Below are positions 27,583 to 36,166 of a stretch of DNA of 64,000 nucleotides, one piece after another. A model generated the notes under the pieces. That model made no database searches and was not told the DNA's origin. It saw only the letters and a program-made list of their open reading frames with translations. Position numbers and translations under genes: made by a program. This stretch comes from Candidatus Eiseniibacteriota bacterium (lineage in GTDB: Bacteria; Eisenbacteria; RBG-16-71-46). Within the stretch, counting starts at the first letter, position 1. Each line of letters starts with the position of its first letter. The stretch spans positions 800 to 64,799 of the forward strand of contig JANXPZ010000125.1 in NCBI GenBank assembly GCA_025357055.1. The letters are read 5' to 3'.

Positions 27583-28690
27583 GGTCTCCTCCCGTGCTGA
27601 CCGCCGGGGTCACGGATGGCCCCGGTCTCGTCCCTTCCACCGCGGGCAGGCTCAGCACCGCGCGGAAGCGCTCCGGCTCCTCGAAGACGTCGAGATGCGC
27701 CCGCCGCGGATCGAGCGCCGCGAGCCGCTGACGCACGTTCTCGAGCCCCAGGCCCACCCCGCGGCGGGGCGGGGCCGCGGAGTCCCGGGGATTCTCGACG
27801 CCGACCTCGAGCGTGTCACCCCTGCGGCGGGCCTCGATGAGCAGGGTGCCGCCTTCCACGCGGTCCGCCACGCCGTGCTTCACGGCGTTCTCGATGAGCG
27901 GCTGGATGAGCAGCGGGGGCACGAGACAGCCCAGCGTCCCGGGCTCGATCCTCCGTTCCACCAGGAGACGCGGCCCGAAACGCACCTGCTCGACCGCAAG
28001 GTAGCGTCCGGCCAGTGCCAGCTCCTCCTCGAGCGAGACGCGCTCGCGCCCGCCCAGGGAGAGGCTCGTGCGGAGGAAGTCGCCGAGCAATCCGCACATG
28101 TCGCGGGCGCCCTCGGGATCGGACCCGGCCAGGGCGCTGATCGAGTTGAGGCTGTTGAAGAGGAAGTGCGGGTTCAGCTGCGCCCGCAGGGCCCGCAACT
28201 CCGCCTCGCGCGCCGCGACCTGCGTCTGGAGCAGGCGGCGTTCGGCCTCGCGCGCGTTCTCGAAGGCGAGCACGAAGTAGTGCCCGACCAGCGACTGCCC
28301 GTAGAGCACGAGGCCCGCGACCCAGAGCAGCGTGAGGTCGCCCGCGAGGCCGTCGGGCCCCGGGCCGAGGTGGAAGCGCTTCGTGAGGAAGACATCCCAC
28401 ACGGCGCCGATCATGACCCAGGCGAGGCTCGCCTGGACCGCGGCGCCGGCCAGTCCCATGAACAGGCGCAGCGGGGGCGTGCGCTCGAGCGGGTGCGCGC
28501 GGCACACCCACCAGGCCGACAGGCACACGAACGCGTAGACCAGCGTGAGCGGCGCGGTGAACGCCAGCGCGGCCCCCGCGCTCGTCCGGGCGCCCAGCCC
28601 GCCGAGCACCGCGGTGAGCAGCGCGCAGATGCCCGCCCATCCGAGCAGGTAGAGGAGGATGCGCAGCCGGCCGCGGAGCAGGGGGTGCAT
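27572..28690 (-). CDS. LytS-type sensor histidine kinase (His_kinase 5TM-type)
   Basis: N-terminal TM helices; ...LRAQLNPHFLFNSLNSISAL... (PF06580 signature); HATPase_c region. Confidence 0.8.
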   Translation of the reverse strand: MHPLLRGRLRILLYLLGWAGICALLTAVLGGLGARTSAGAALAFTAPLTLVYAFVCLSAWWVCRAHPLERTPPLRLFMGLAGAAVQASLAWVMIGAVWDVFLTKRFHLGPGPDGLAGDLTLLWVAGLVLYGQSLVGHYFVLAFENAREAERRLLQTQVAAREAELRALRAQLNPHFLFNSLNSISALAGSDPEGARDMCGLLGDFLRTSLSLGGRERVSLEEELALAGRYLAVEQVRFGPRLLVERRIEPGTLGCLVPPLLIQPLIENAVKHGVADRVEGGTLLIEARRRGDTLEVGVENPRDSAAPPRRGVGLGLENVRQRLAALDPRRAHLDVFEEPERFRAVLSLPAVEGTRPGPSVTPAVSTGGDHAA

Positions 28691-28693
28691 GGG

Positions 28694-29407
28694 TCAGTTC
28701 TTGATCTCGACGCCGCCCATCAGGACGACGCCCTTCACGACGAGGTGGCCGCGGGTCTCGCCGGCGGGCGCGCGGGTGGCGTCCTCGATCCCGGCCATGA
28801 GCGGCAGCGCCTCGACGGTCACCTGCCAGTCCGCGGGCACGAACAGTTCCACGCCGCCCCACACCACCGTCACGTCGACGACCGCGCGGCCGCCGGGCAT
28901 CTTCGCCTGGCGCAGGTCGATCTCGGCGCCACCCATGATGGCGGTGGCGTCGCCGCCGCGGAAATCGAGGGACCCGACCTTGCGCTCGATGCCGGACCAC
29001 ATCACGAAAGTGCTGAACGTGGAATCGGTCTCCGCACCGGGCACGCCGGGTGCGACGGGTGCGTCGGCGCCGCGCGCGCGGCGCATCGCGCCGGCCACCA
29101 TCGAGCCGCCGACCACGACCAGCAGCACCGGCCAGAAGTCCCAGGGGTCGACCTGGATGAGATCGAACTCGTGCAGGAGCAGCAGGGCGCCCGCGAGGGT
29201 GAAGATGATGCCGGGCATCGTGCTCTGGCGGCAGTTGAGCCCGGTGAGCCGGCTCAGGCCGTACACCAGGAGCATGGCGGGCCACCAGCGCAGGATCTCA
29301 TCCGCCTGGAGCAGGCCCAGGTTGTCGAGCGTGAAGAGCACGCCGAGCGCGATGACGACGAACCCGAAGATGAGCCGCCCCGTGAGCGGGTAGCGGTGCT
29401 CAGGCAT
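28694..29407 (-). CDS. LiaF-like membrane protein (N-terminal TM segment + C-terminal DUF2154-like beta domain)
   Basis: TM N-terminus, then repetitive ...GGVEL.. beta-rich C-terminus (VVDVTVVWGGVELFVP..., VVKGVVLMGGVEIKN), resembling LiaF/YvqF cell-envelope stress modules. Confidence 0.5.
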   Translation of the reverse strand: MPEHRYPLTGRLIFGFVVIALGVLFTLDNLGLLQADEILRWWPAMLLVYGLSRLTGLNCRQSTMPGIIFTLAGALLLLHEFDLIQVDPWDFWPVLLVVVGGSMVAGAMRRARGADAPVAPGVPGAETDSTFSTFVMWSGIERKVGSLDFRGGDATAIMGGAEIDLRQAKMPGGRAVVDVTVVWGGVELFVPADWQVTVEALPLMAGIEDATRAPAGETRGHLVVKGVVLMGGVEIKN

Positions 29408-29690
29408 GACGCGCCCTCCTTTCCAGCCGTGCCCCGGATCGCAGCGCCAGCGCGACCAGGAGCAGCGCGGTCGCCGACGCGGCCAGCAGCGCGGGCCCGC
29501 CGGCGCGGCCCAGCAGCAGGGCGGCGCGCGCCAGAGCCCGCAGCACGACGAAGGTCTCCGGGAAACGGCCGATGAATCCGTTCACGAGCAGCACGAGGTT
29601 GACGGTCGCGAGCCACGCCAGCGCGGTGGCGAGCACGGCCGTCACCGCGATCCACAGTTGACGCTCGCGCAACCTGCCACGGTCAGTCAA
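29400..29690 (-). CDS. Small hydrophobic membrane protein
   Basis: 96 aa, three hydrophobic helices, overlaps its neighbours by a few nt (operon). Confidence 0.4.
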   Translation of the reverse strand: MTDRGRLRERQLWIAVTAVLATALAWLATVNLVLLVNGFIGRFPETFVVLRALARAALLLGRAGGPALLAASATALLLVALALRSGARLERRARHA

Positions 29691-30045
29691 GGCGCACCTC
29701 CGGGGTGCGGCGGCGGCGCTCCTCGCCCGTCAACGCCTTGACCACGATGCCCGCTCCCACCGCCACCAGCACGAGCGACCAGGAGTTGCCGTAGGTGAGG
29801 CCCCTCCAGCCGGACGTGACCGCGAGGAACCACGCGCCCAGCAGGATCATGGTCAGGGCCGAGCCCACGCGGCGCTCGATCAGGTGGGTGATGCCGATCA
29901 CGATCAGGATGAGGGGCCACCAATCCCCCATGCCGGCGATGCCCCAGATCCCGGAGCGCTCGACCAGGAACAGGATGCCGAGCGCGATGAGGAAGATGCC
30001 CCAGACCACCGTCTTCATGTTGCGGATGCCTTCGTCCTGCGTCAT
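29683..30045 (-). CDS. Small 4-TM membrane protein (LiaI/LiaF-TM-like)
   Basis: 120 aa; hydrophobic helices; first gene of the minus-strand operon ending with the LytS/LytTR pair. Confidence 0.5.
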   Translation of the reverse strand: MTQDEGIRNMKTVVWGIFLIALGILFLVERSGIWGIAGMGDWWPLILIVIGITHLIERRVGSALTMILLGAWFLAVTSGWRGLTYGNSWSLVLVAVGAGIVVKALTGEERRRRTPEVRLD

Positions 30046-30124
30046 CTCGGACCTCCTTCCGCCCGCCTTCGGGCTTCACCGGTAATCTACGGAAGAGACC
30101 CGGCCCGGGCATGGACTTTTCGGC

Positions 30125-30198
30125 GAGTGGCGGTCTGGCGACGGTGAGTGGCGGTGGGGCGACAACGAGTGCCGTGCGCGGGCGACCGTGAGTGGCGC
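30125..30198 (-). promoter_or_regulatory. Array of four imperfect direct repeats (GAGTGGCGG-like 9-mers) at 21-23 bp spacing upstream of the LytTR operon; candidate LytTR-regulator binding sites/promoter
   Basis: gagtggcgg (30125), gagtggcgg (30146), gagtgccgt (30167), gagtggcgc (30190); located 80-150 nt upstream of the 30045 start; LytTR regulators classically bind 9-bp direct repeats with about 21 bp periodicity. Confidence 0.35.
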
Positions 30199-30546
30199 AC
30201 GCGGGCGGTCCTTGCCTCCGCGTTGAAGAGCCCGCTTTGTGCCCACCTTGCGGGCGCTGACCTTCCCATGCCCACGCCCGGGCTGCTACCAGCGGATAAG
30301 CGCCGTTCGGTGGCATCATCCATCGAATGGAGTGAACTCACAGCACGGTCGCGGGTAGTAGACATCGGGTGGCAGGGTTTCGTGGCACCGCTCTTGCGGT
30401 CACGGAGCGATCCTCACGAAACGGCGATAACGCGCAGTCCCGGATCCACGACCCCCCGCATTTCGGCCGCGAGGAGTCGCAATTTGCAACCTGCAGACCC
30501 GGCCCACACCCCGAAGGATGGCAGGACCGTCGCGGTCGTCGCCGAT

Positions 30547-31401
30547 CGCGTGGTTCTGGCGTGCCTGCTGGCGCTCCCCCTCGCGATCACCCTGCGCTAC
30601 CTGCCCTACTACGCGCTGGGGGTCTCCGGCCGGGCGCGTCACACGCTGCACTCCCTGCTGGGCCCCTCCGGGCCGATCGGGATCTCCTTCGGGATCGCGG
30701 GCGCCGCGCTCTTCCTCTTCATGTGGTTCTACCCGCTGCGCAAGCGGTGGACCGCGCTCCGCCGGCTGGGGAATCCGGGCATCTGGCTCCAGGTGCACAT
30801 CCTCGCGGGCCTCGCGCTGCCGCTCGCCGTGGCCGTGCACTCGGGCTGGCGCTTCGCCGGGATCATCGGGCTCGGCTACGTCGCGATGACGCTCGTCGTC
30901 CTGAGCGGCGTCGTGGGACGCTACCTCTACAGTCACATCCCCCGCCGGCAGGACGGCGTCGAGCTTTCGCGCGAGGCGGTGGCGAACGAGCGGCGCGCCC
31001 TGCTCACGCGCATCGCCGCCGCCACGGGGCTCGATCCGACCGAGGTGGGGCGCACGCTCCACCCGGGGCCCGAGCGGGGCGCCAGCCGGGGCATCGCGGG
31101 CACCCTCGCCCGCCTGGTCATCGGCGACCTGGCCCGGCGCCGGGCGATCCGCGACCTCACCCGCCTCTGGTCGCGGCCGCGACCGGGGCACCCCGCACCC
31201 GACCCGCGCGCGCTGGCCGAGGCGGTGAGGCTCGCGCGCCGGGAGGTGGCCCTGGGGCAGCAGGTGCGGATGCTGGAGGCCACGCACCGCGTCTTCGCCT
31301 GGTGGCACGTGGCGCACCTGCCGGTGGCGATCACCGCCTTCCTGGCCATCCTCGTCCACGTCGGCGTCGCCGTGCTGGTCGGCGGCGTGATGCCGCGCTG
31401 A
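30547..31401 (+). CDS. His-rich polytopic membrane protein, candidate b-type cytochrome/ferric-reductase-like transmembrane component; start uncertain
   Basis: 5-6 TM helices with conserved His (HTLHSLLG, QVHILAGLALPLAVAVHSGW, WWHVAHLPVAITAFLAILVHVG); upstream part of the track ORF (30148-30540) looks non-coding, and GTG 30547 is one possible start. Confidence 0.45.
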   Translation, partial: RVVLACLLALPLAITLRYLPYYALGVSGRARHTLHSLLGPSGPIGISFGIAGAALFLFMWFYPLRKRWTALRRLGNPGIWLQVHILAGLALPLAVAVHSGWRFAGIIGLGYVAMTLVVLSGVVGRYLYSHIPRRQDGVELSREAVANERRALLTRIAAATGLDPTEVGRTLHPGPERGASRGIAGTLARLVIGDLARRRAIRDLTRLWSRPRPGHPAPDPRALAEAVRLARREVALGQQVRMLEATHRVFAWWHVAHLPVAITAFLAILVHVGVAVLVGGVMPR

Positions 31402-31405
31402 CGCC

Positions 31406-32893
31406 ATGAGCATGCTCCTCACCACGCTCGCCTTCGTCGCGCTGACGGCGCTCATCGCCTGGTGGCACGTGCGCGGCTCGGGCACCGTCGCGTCGGCTCG
31501 CGACCTGAGGCCGTGTCCGCGCTGCCGCACCCGCTTCGAAGCCGGCGCCTCGTTGTGTCCGGGCTGTGGCGTGCCGCGGCAGGCGTACGAGCTGGTGAGT
31601 GCCCCCGTCGTGGGGGCCGCGGCGCCGCTCGAGGCGGGCGTGAAGCCGCACCCCATCGTCCGCACCAACCTGTGCGTGGGCTGCGGCACCTGCGTGGCGG
31701 CCTGCCCCGAGCCCGGGGCGATCCGGCTGCAGGACCACCGCGCGTTCGTGGACCTCGACGTCTGTGTGCGGCACGGGACCTGCGCGGTGGCCTGCCCGAT
31801 GAACGCCATCGTGATGGCGGCGGGCGCGGCGGTGCAGCGCATCGAGGTGCCGGAGCTGGACGCGAACTTCCAGAGCAACGTGCCCGGGCTCTATGTGGTG
31901 GGCGAGTTGGGCGGGCGCGGGCTCATCAAGAACGCGATCAACGAGGGCCGCATCGCCATCGAGCACGTCGCCCGCGTGCTGGCGGCGGGCCGCCCGCTGC
32001 GGATGGGAGACGCCGGACCCGGGGGCGGTGAGCCGGACTCCCCCGGGCCCTACGACGTGCTCGTGGTGGGCTCGGGCCCCGCGGGGATCTCGGCCGCGCT
32101 CGAGGCGAAGCGCCTGGGGCTGCGCTGTGTCGTGATCGAGCAGGGCACGATCTCGGACACGATCCGCAAGTACCCGCGCCGCAAGCTCCTGCTCGCCGAG
32201 CCCTCGCGCGTCCAGCTCTACGGTGGATTGTGGGTGGCCGATGCCTCGAAGGAGGAGCTGCTGTCGGTGTGGGAGACGATCATCGCGCGCGCCGGCCTGC
32301 GCGTGCGGACCGGCGAGCGGGTCGAGTCGCTGGAGAGCGACGGTGTGCTGTTCCGCGTGCGCACCCCGGGGACCGAGTACCAGGCCCGCAAGGTGCTGCT
32401 GGCGATGGGCCGGCGCGGCACTCCGCGGCGGCTGGGCGTGCCGGGCGAGGAGCTGGAGAAGGCCCTCTATGACATCGTCGAGATGGAGGCGTTCGCGGGT
32501 TGCCGCATGCTGGTGGTGGGCGGCGGCGACAGCGCGATCGAATCGGCGCTCGGGCTCGCCAACCAGCCGGACACCTCGGTCACGCTCTCCTACCGCGGCC
32601 AGGAGTTCCCGCGGCTGAAGGAGCGCAACCGCGAGAAGCTCGAGGCCGCGCTCCAGGCCTCCGGCGAAGGCGGCGCGGGCCGCGTGGAACTGCTGCTCGG
32701 CAGCCGCGTGATCGAGATCCGCCCCGGCGTGGTGGCGCTCGACTGCGCGGGCATGCCCCGCCTGCTCCCCAACGACTACGTGGTCGTCCGCATCGGTGGC
32801 GAGCCGCCGTACCCGTTCATCGAGCGTTGCGGCGTGCGGATCGTGACCAAGGAGATCGCGATCGACACCGGTGCGGAAAGGCGGGCCGGGTGA
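31406..32893 (+). CDS. Membrane-anchored 2x[4Fe-4S] ferredoxin-domain + FAD/NAD(P)-binding (thioredoxin-reductase-like) oxidoreductase
   Basis: N-terminal TM helix; Zn-ribbon-like CPRC...CPGC; CVGCGTCVAACP and CVRHGTCAVACP ferredoxin motifs; DVLVVGSGPAGISAALEA (FAD GxGxxG) and MLVVGGGDSAIESALGLA (NAD(P)). Confidence 0.7.
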   Translation: MSMLLTTLAFVALTALIAWWHVRGSGTVASARDLRPCPRCRTRFEAGASLCPGCGVPRQAYELVSAPVVGAAAPLEAGVKPHPIVRTNLCVGCGTCVAACPEPGAIRLQDHRAFVDLDVCVRHGTCAVACPMNAIVMAAGAAVQRIEVPELDANFQSNVPGLYVVGELGGRGLIKNAINEGRIAIEHVARVLAAGRPLRMGDAGPGGGEPDSPGPYDVLVVGSGPAGISAALEAKRLGLRCVVIEQGTISDTIRKYPRRKLLLAEPSRVQLYGGLWVADASKEELLSVWETIIARAGLRVRTGERVESLESDGVLFRVRTPGTEYQARKVLLAMGRRGTPRRLGVPGEELEKALYDIVEMEAFAGCRMLVVGGGDSAIESALGLANQPDTSVTLSYRGQEFPRLKERNREKLEAALQASGEGGAGRVELLLGSRVIEIRPGVVALDCAGMPRLLPNDYVVVRIGGEPPYPFIERCGVRIVTKEIAIDTGAERRAG

Positions 32894-34683
32894 GGGCGGC
32901 GCTCCCCCCCATTCTGATCATGCTCTCGCTCTCCGTCGCCCTTCCCGCCCGCGCGCAACTGTCACCGGGGCCGCTCAGCGAGGCGCACCGCTCGCTCGAG
33001 GGCGTGACCCAGTGCTTCCAGTGCCACGAGAGCGGCGCGGGGGCCGCGGACGCCAAGTGTCTCGCCTGCCACACCGAGATCGGCTGGCTGCGCGCCCGGA
33101 GCCGCGGGCTCCACGGCCCCGGGCAGTCCACGCCCTGCGTGAAGTGCCATCCCGAGCACGCGGGAGTCGCCTTCCAGCTGGTGCGCTGGGACGAGGGGGC
33201 CGCCGAGCGGTTCGACCACCGGCGCGCGGGGTTCGTACTCGAGGGCCGGCACGGGAAGCTCAAGTGCGCCGAGTGCCATCAGCCGCGCTTCCAGAAGTCG
33301 GGCGCCGCCGCGCTCATCCGCAAGCGTGACCGCGCCGCGAGCTGGCTCGGGCTCGAGCGCTCGTGCACCTCGTGCCACGCGGACCCCCACCAGGGCCAGC
33401 TCGGCGCCACCTGCACGGATTGCCACGGGCCACAGGCGTGGAAGCCCGCGACCGGCTTCGACCACGCGAAGACCGCCTACCCGCTCACCGGTCTGCACGC
33501 GAAGCTCGAGTGCGCGAAGTGCCACCTGTCCCCGCGGCTCGAGCCCGTGACCGACGCACAGGGGAAGCTCGTGCCACGCTGGAAGCCGCTCCCCCACGCC
33601 GACTGCGCCTCCTGCCACAAGGACCCGCATGCCGGGCGCTTCCCGGGCGCCTGCGCGAAGTGCCACACGACGGAGGGCTTCCGGGTGCTCGACGCGAAGA
33701 ACTTCGACCACGAGCGCACGCGCTACCCGCTGCGCGGCCGCCACGCCACGGTCGCCTGTGCGAAGTGCCACGATCCGAAACTGGCCCGGGGGCTCAAGCC
33801 CGCCTTCGACCGCTGCGACCGCTGCCATCGCGACGCCCACGCCGGGCTCGCCACGCTGGCCGGCCGGCCCGCCGACTGCGCCGCCTGCCACGCGGTGCAG
33901 GGCTGGAGGCCTTCGACCTACAGCGTGAGCGCGCACCAGTCCGCGGCCTATCCGCTCGAGGGGCGCCACGCCCTGGTGCCCTGCGCGAAGTGTCATCCGC
34001 AGGGGGCGGACTCGCTCGCCGCCAGGCTGGGCAGCGCCCGCGTGCAGCTGCGGCCCGCCCGTGCGCGCTGCCTCGACTGCCACACCGACCCGCACCGCGG
34101 CCGCTTCGAGGCGGGCGGCGCCCGGGCCAAGGCCACGAGCTGCAGGACCTGTCACACGCTGGACGGCTTCCGGCCCACCCTGGTGGACGCCGCCGCGCAC
34201 GCGCGACTGGGCTACCCGCTGAAGGGCGCGCACCGGGCCGTGCCCTGCCAGGGTTGCCACGCCGAATTGAAGGTCGCACCGCCCGCGGCCGGCGCAACGG
34301 TCCCGGCCGGCGCCAGCGGCGGGGGCCCCGCCGCGAGCAGCCCGGGGCGCACGCTCCTCTTCGCCGATGCGGGCTCCGCCTGTGACGGTTGTCACACGTC
34401 TCCGCACGGCGACCAGTTCAAGGGCCGCCGCGCCCGGGTGAAGGGTGGCCCGGCGGGCGATGCCTGTGACGCCTGCCACGGGATCGAGAGCTTCACGCCC
34501 GCGAATCGTTTCGATCACGAGAAGGACTCGGCGTTCCGGCTCTCCGGAGCGCACGCGAAAGTCAGGTGCGAGGGCTGTCACAAGTCCTCGCGGGATGCGC
34601 AGGGCCGGTCGTTCGTGGTCTACAAGCCCACGCCCGCCCGGTGCGAGGACTGCCATGTCCACCGGCCGCAGGGGGCGTCATGA
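32890..34683 (+). CDS. 20-heme c-type cytochrome (repeated CXXCH...H modules)
   Basis: GTG start overlapping the upstream stop (GTGA) gives a signal peptide VRAALPPILIMLSLSVALPARA; 20 CXXCH with recurring F(D)H...YPL.G.H spacing motifs. Confidence 0.75.
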   Translation: MRAALPPILIMLSLSVALPARAQLSPGPLSEAHRSLEGVTQCFQCHESGAGAADAKCLACHTEIGWLRARSRGLHGPGQSTPCVKCHPEHAGVAFQLVRWDEGAAERFDHRRAGFVLEGRHGKLKCAECHQPRFQKSGAAALIRKRDRAASWLGLERSCTSCHADPHQGQLGATCTDCHGPQAWKPATGFDHAKTAYPLTGLHAKLECAKCHLSPRLEPVTDAQGKLVPRWKPLPHADCASCHKDPHAGRFPGACAKCHTTEGFRVLDAKNFDHERTRYPLRGRHATVACAKCHDPKLARGLKPAFDRCDRCHRDAHAGLATLAGRPADCAACHAVQGWRPSTYSVSAHQSAAYPLEGRHALVPCAKCHPQGADSLAARLGSARVQLRPARARCLDCHTDPHRGRFEAGGARAKATSCRTCHTLDGFRPTLVDAAAHARLGYPLKGAHRAVPCQGCHAELKVAPPAAGATVPAGASGGGPAASSPGRTLLFADAGSACDGCHTSPHGDQFKGRRARVKGGPAGDACDACHGIESFTPANRFDHEKDSAFRLSGAHAKVRCEGCHKSSRDAQGRSFVVYKPTPARCEDCHVHRPQGAS

Positions 34684-34723
34684 GGAAGGAACGCACGAGA
34701 TCCATCCAGTCGGAAGGCTGGTC

Positions 34724-36166
34724 ATGAAGCGCCCCGGCCTGCCGCTGCGGATCGGGGGCATGCGCCTTGCGGCGACGCTGCTGACGGTGCTTCCACTCGC
34801 CGCGCTCGGACTGGTCGCCTTCGCGGCCGAGAAGCCCGCCGCGGTGGAGCCCGAGTACCCGCACGGGAACTTCCAGGGCGACTGCTCGGAGTGCCACGGC
34901 GACGAGGGGTGGAAGCCGGCGCGCATCAGCCGGAAGTTCGACCACGCGAAGCGCTCGGGATTCGCCCTGAACGGGGCGCACGCCTCGCTCCAGTGCGCGG
35001 GCTGTCACGGCACGCTCGACTTCAGCCAGCAGCGCAAGGTCTGCGCCTCGTGCCACCAGGACCCGCACCTCGGCGAGTTCGGGCCCGACTGCGCCCGTTG
35101 CCACACCCCGCGCAGCTTCCTCGACCGCGCGGGCATGGTGCGCATGCACCAGTTGACGCGTTTTCCGCTGGCGGGCGCGCACGCGGGGCTGGATTGCGAG
35201 GGCTGCCACCGCCTGACGTCCCAGGGGCAGCTGCGCTTCAGCTCGACCGGGACGGAGTGCTACTCGTGTCACCGGGAGGACTTCGTGGGCACGACGAGCC
35301 CCGCGCACGTCGCCGGCGGCTTTCCGACCGATTGCATGAACTGCCACACGCCGCTGGCCTGGCGGCCCACGCGCTTCGTCCACACGGGCGCCACGGAATG
35401 CTACTCGTGCCACCGGTCCAACTACGAGCGCACGACGGCCCCGGCCCACGTCGCGGCGGGCTTCCCGACCGCCTGCGCGACCTGCCACACGACCCGGAGC
35501 TGGCTGCCCTCGACGTTCGACCACGCCGCCACGCCGTTCGCGCTGACCGGGGCGCACGTCCAGACGCCGTGCGTGAGCTGCCACGGGAGTCCCTGGCAGA
35601 ACACGCTGGCCACCGACTGCTACTCGTGCCACCGGCCGGCCTACGACGCGACGGCCGCCCCGGCGCACGTCACGGGCGGGATCCCGACCACCTGCACGAG
35701 CTGCCATACCACCGTGGCCTGGCAGCCCGCGACCTTCGCCCACAACGCCACGGCGTTCCCGCTGACCGGGGCGCACGTCCAGACGCCGTGCGTGAGCTGC
35801 CACGGGAGTCCCTGGCAGAACACGCTGGCCACCGACTGCTATTCGTGCCACCGCCCGGCCTACGACGCGACCACGGACCCCGCCCATGCCGCCGCGGGAT
35901 TCCCGACCACCTGCGCCACCTGTCACAGCACGAGCGCGTGGACCGGGGCGACGTTCGACCACACCTGGTTCCCGATCACCTCCGGCCGACATTCGGGGCT
36001 CACATGCTCGACCTGCCACGTCGTCCCCACGAGCTATGCCTCGTTCAGCTGCCTGAGCGGCTGTCATTCGCAGGGCGACACGGATGGCCGCCATTCCAAC
36101 GTCTCCGGCTACCGGTACGACAGCGCCTCCTGCTATTCGTGCCACCCACGCGGGTCGGCCGGTTGA
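34724..36166 (+). CDS. 17-heme c-type cytochrome with an internally repeated 73-aa module
   Basis: GGAAGG RBS 9 nt upstream of the ATG; signal/anchor MKRPGLPLRIGGMRLAATLLTVLPLAALGLVAFA; about 17 CXXCH; repeated unit PAHV.GG.PT.C..CHTT..W.P.TF.H.AT.F.LTGAHVQTPCVSCHGSPWQNTLATDCYSCHRPAYDAT. Confidence 0.8.
   Translation: MKRPGLPLRIGGMRLAATLLTVLPLAALGLVAFAAEKPAAVEPEYPHGNFQGDCSECHGDEGWKPARISRKFDHAKRSGFALNGAHASLQCAGCHGTLDFSQQRKVCASCHQDPHLGEFGPDCARCHTPRSFLDRAGMVRMHQLTRFPLAGAHAGLDCEGCHRLTSQGQLRFSSTGTECYSCHREDFVGTTSPAHVAGGFPTDCMNCHTPLAWRPTRFVHTGATECYSCHRSNYERTTAPAHVAAGFPTACATCHTTRSWLPSTFDHAATPFALTGAHVQTPCVSCHGSPWQNTLATDCYSCHRPAYDATAAPAHVTGGIPTTCTSCHTTVAWQPATFAHNATAFPLTGAHVQTPCVSCHGSPWQNTLATDCYSCHRPAYDATTDPAHAAAGFPTTCATCHSTSAWTGATFDHTWFPITSGRHSGLTCSTCHVVPTSYASFSCLSGCHSQGDTDGRHSNVSGYRYDSASCYSCHPRGSAG
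35531..35872 (+). repeat. Tandem 219-bp-period duplication inside the 17-heme cytochrome gene with a homogenised core of about 111 bp (2 mismatches)
   Basis: 35552-35652 and 35761-35871 are near-identical (81 bp identical, then 2 mismatches in 30); the flanking parts of each repeat unit are diverged. Confidence 0.85.

Noticed and set aside
30148-30540. N-terminal 130 aa of ORF 30148..31401
   Set aside because: Non-hydrophobic, low-complexity and contains the direct-repeat regulatory array; more likely intergenic/promoter DNA than coding
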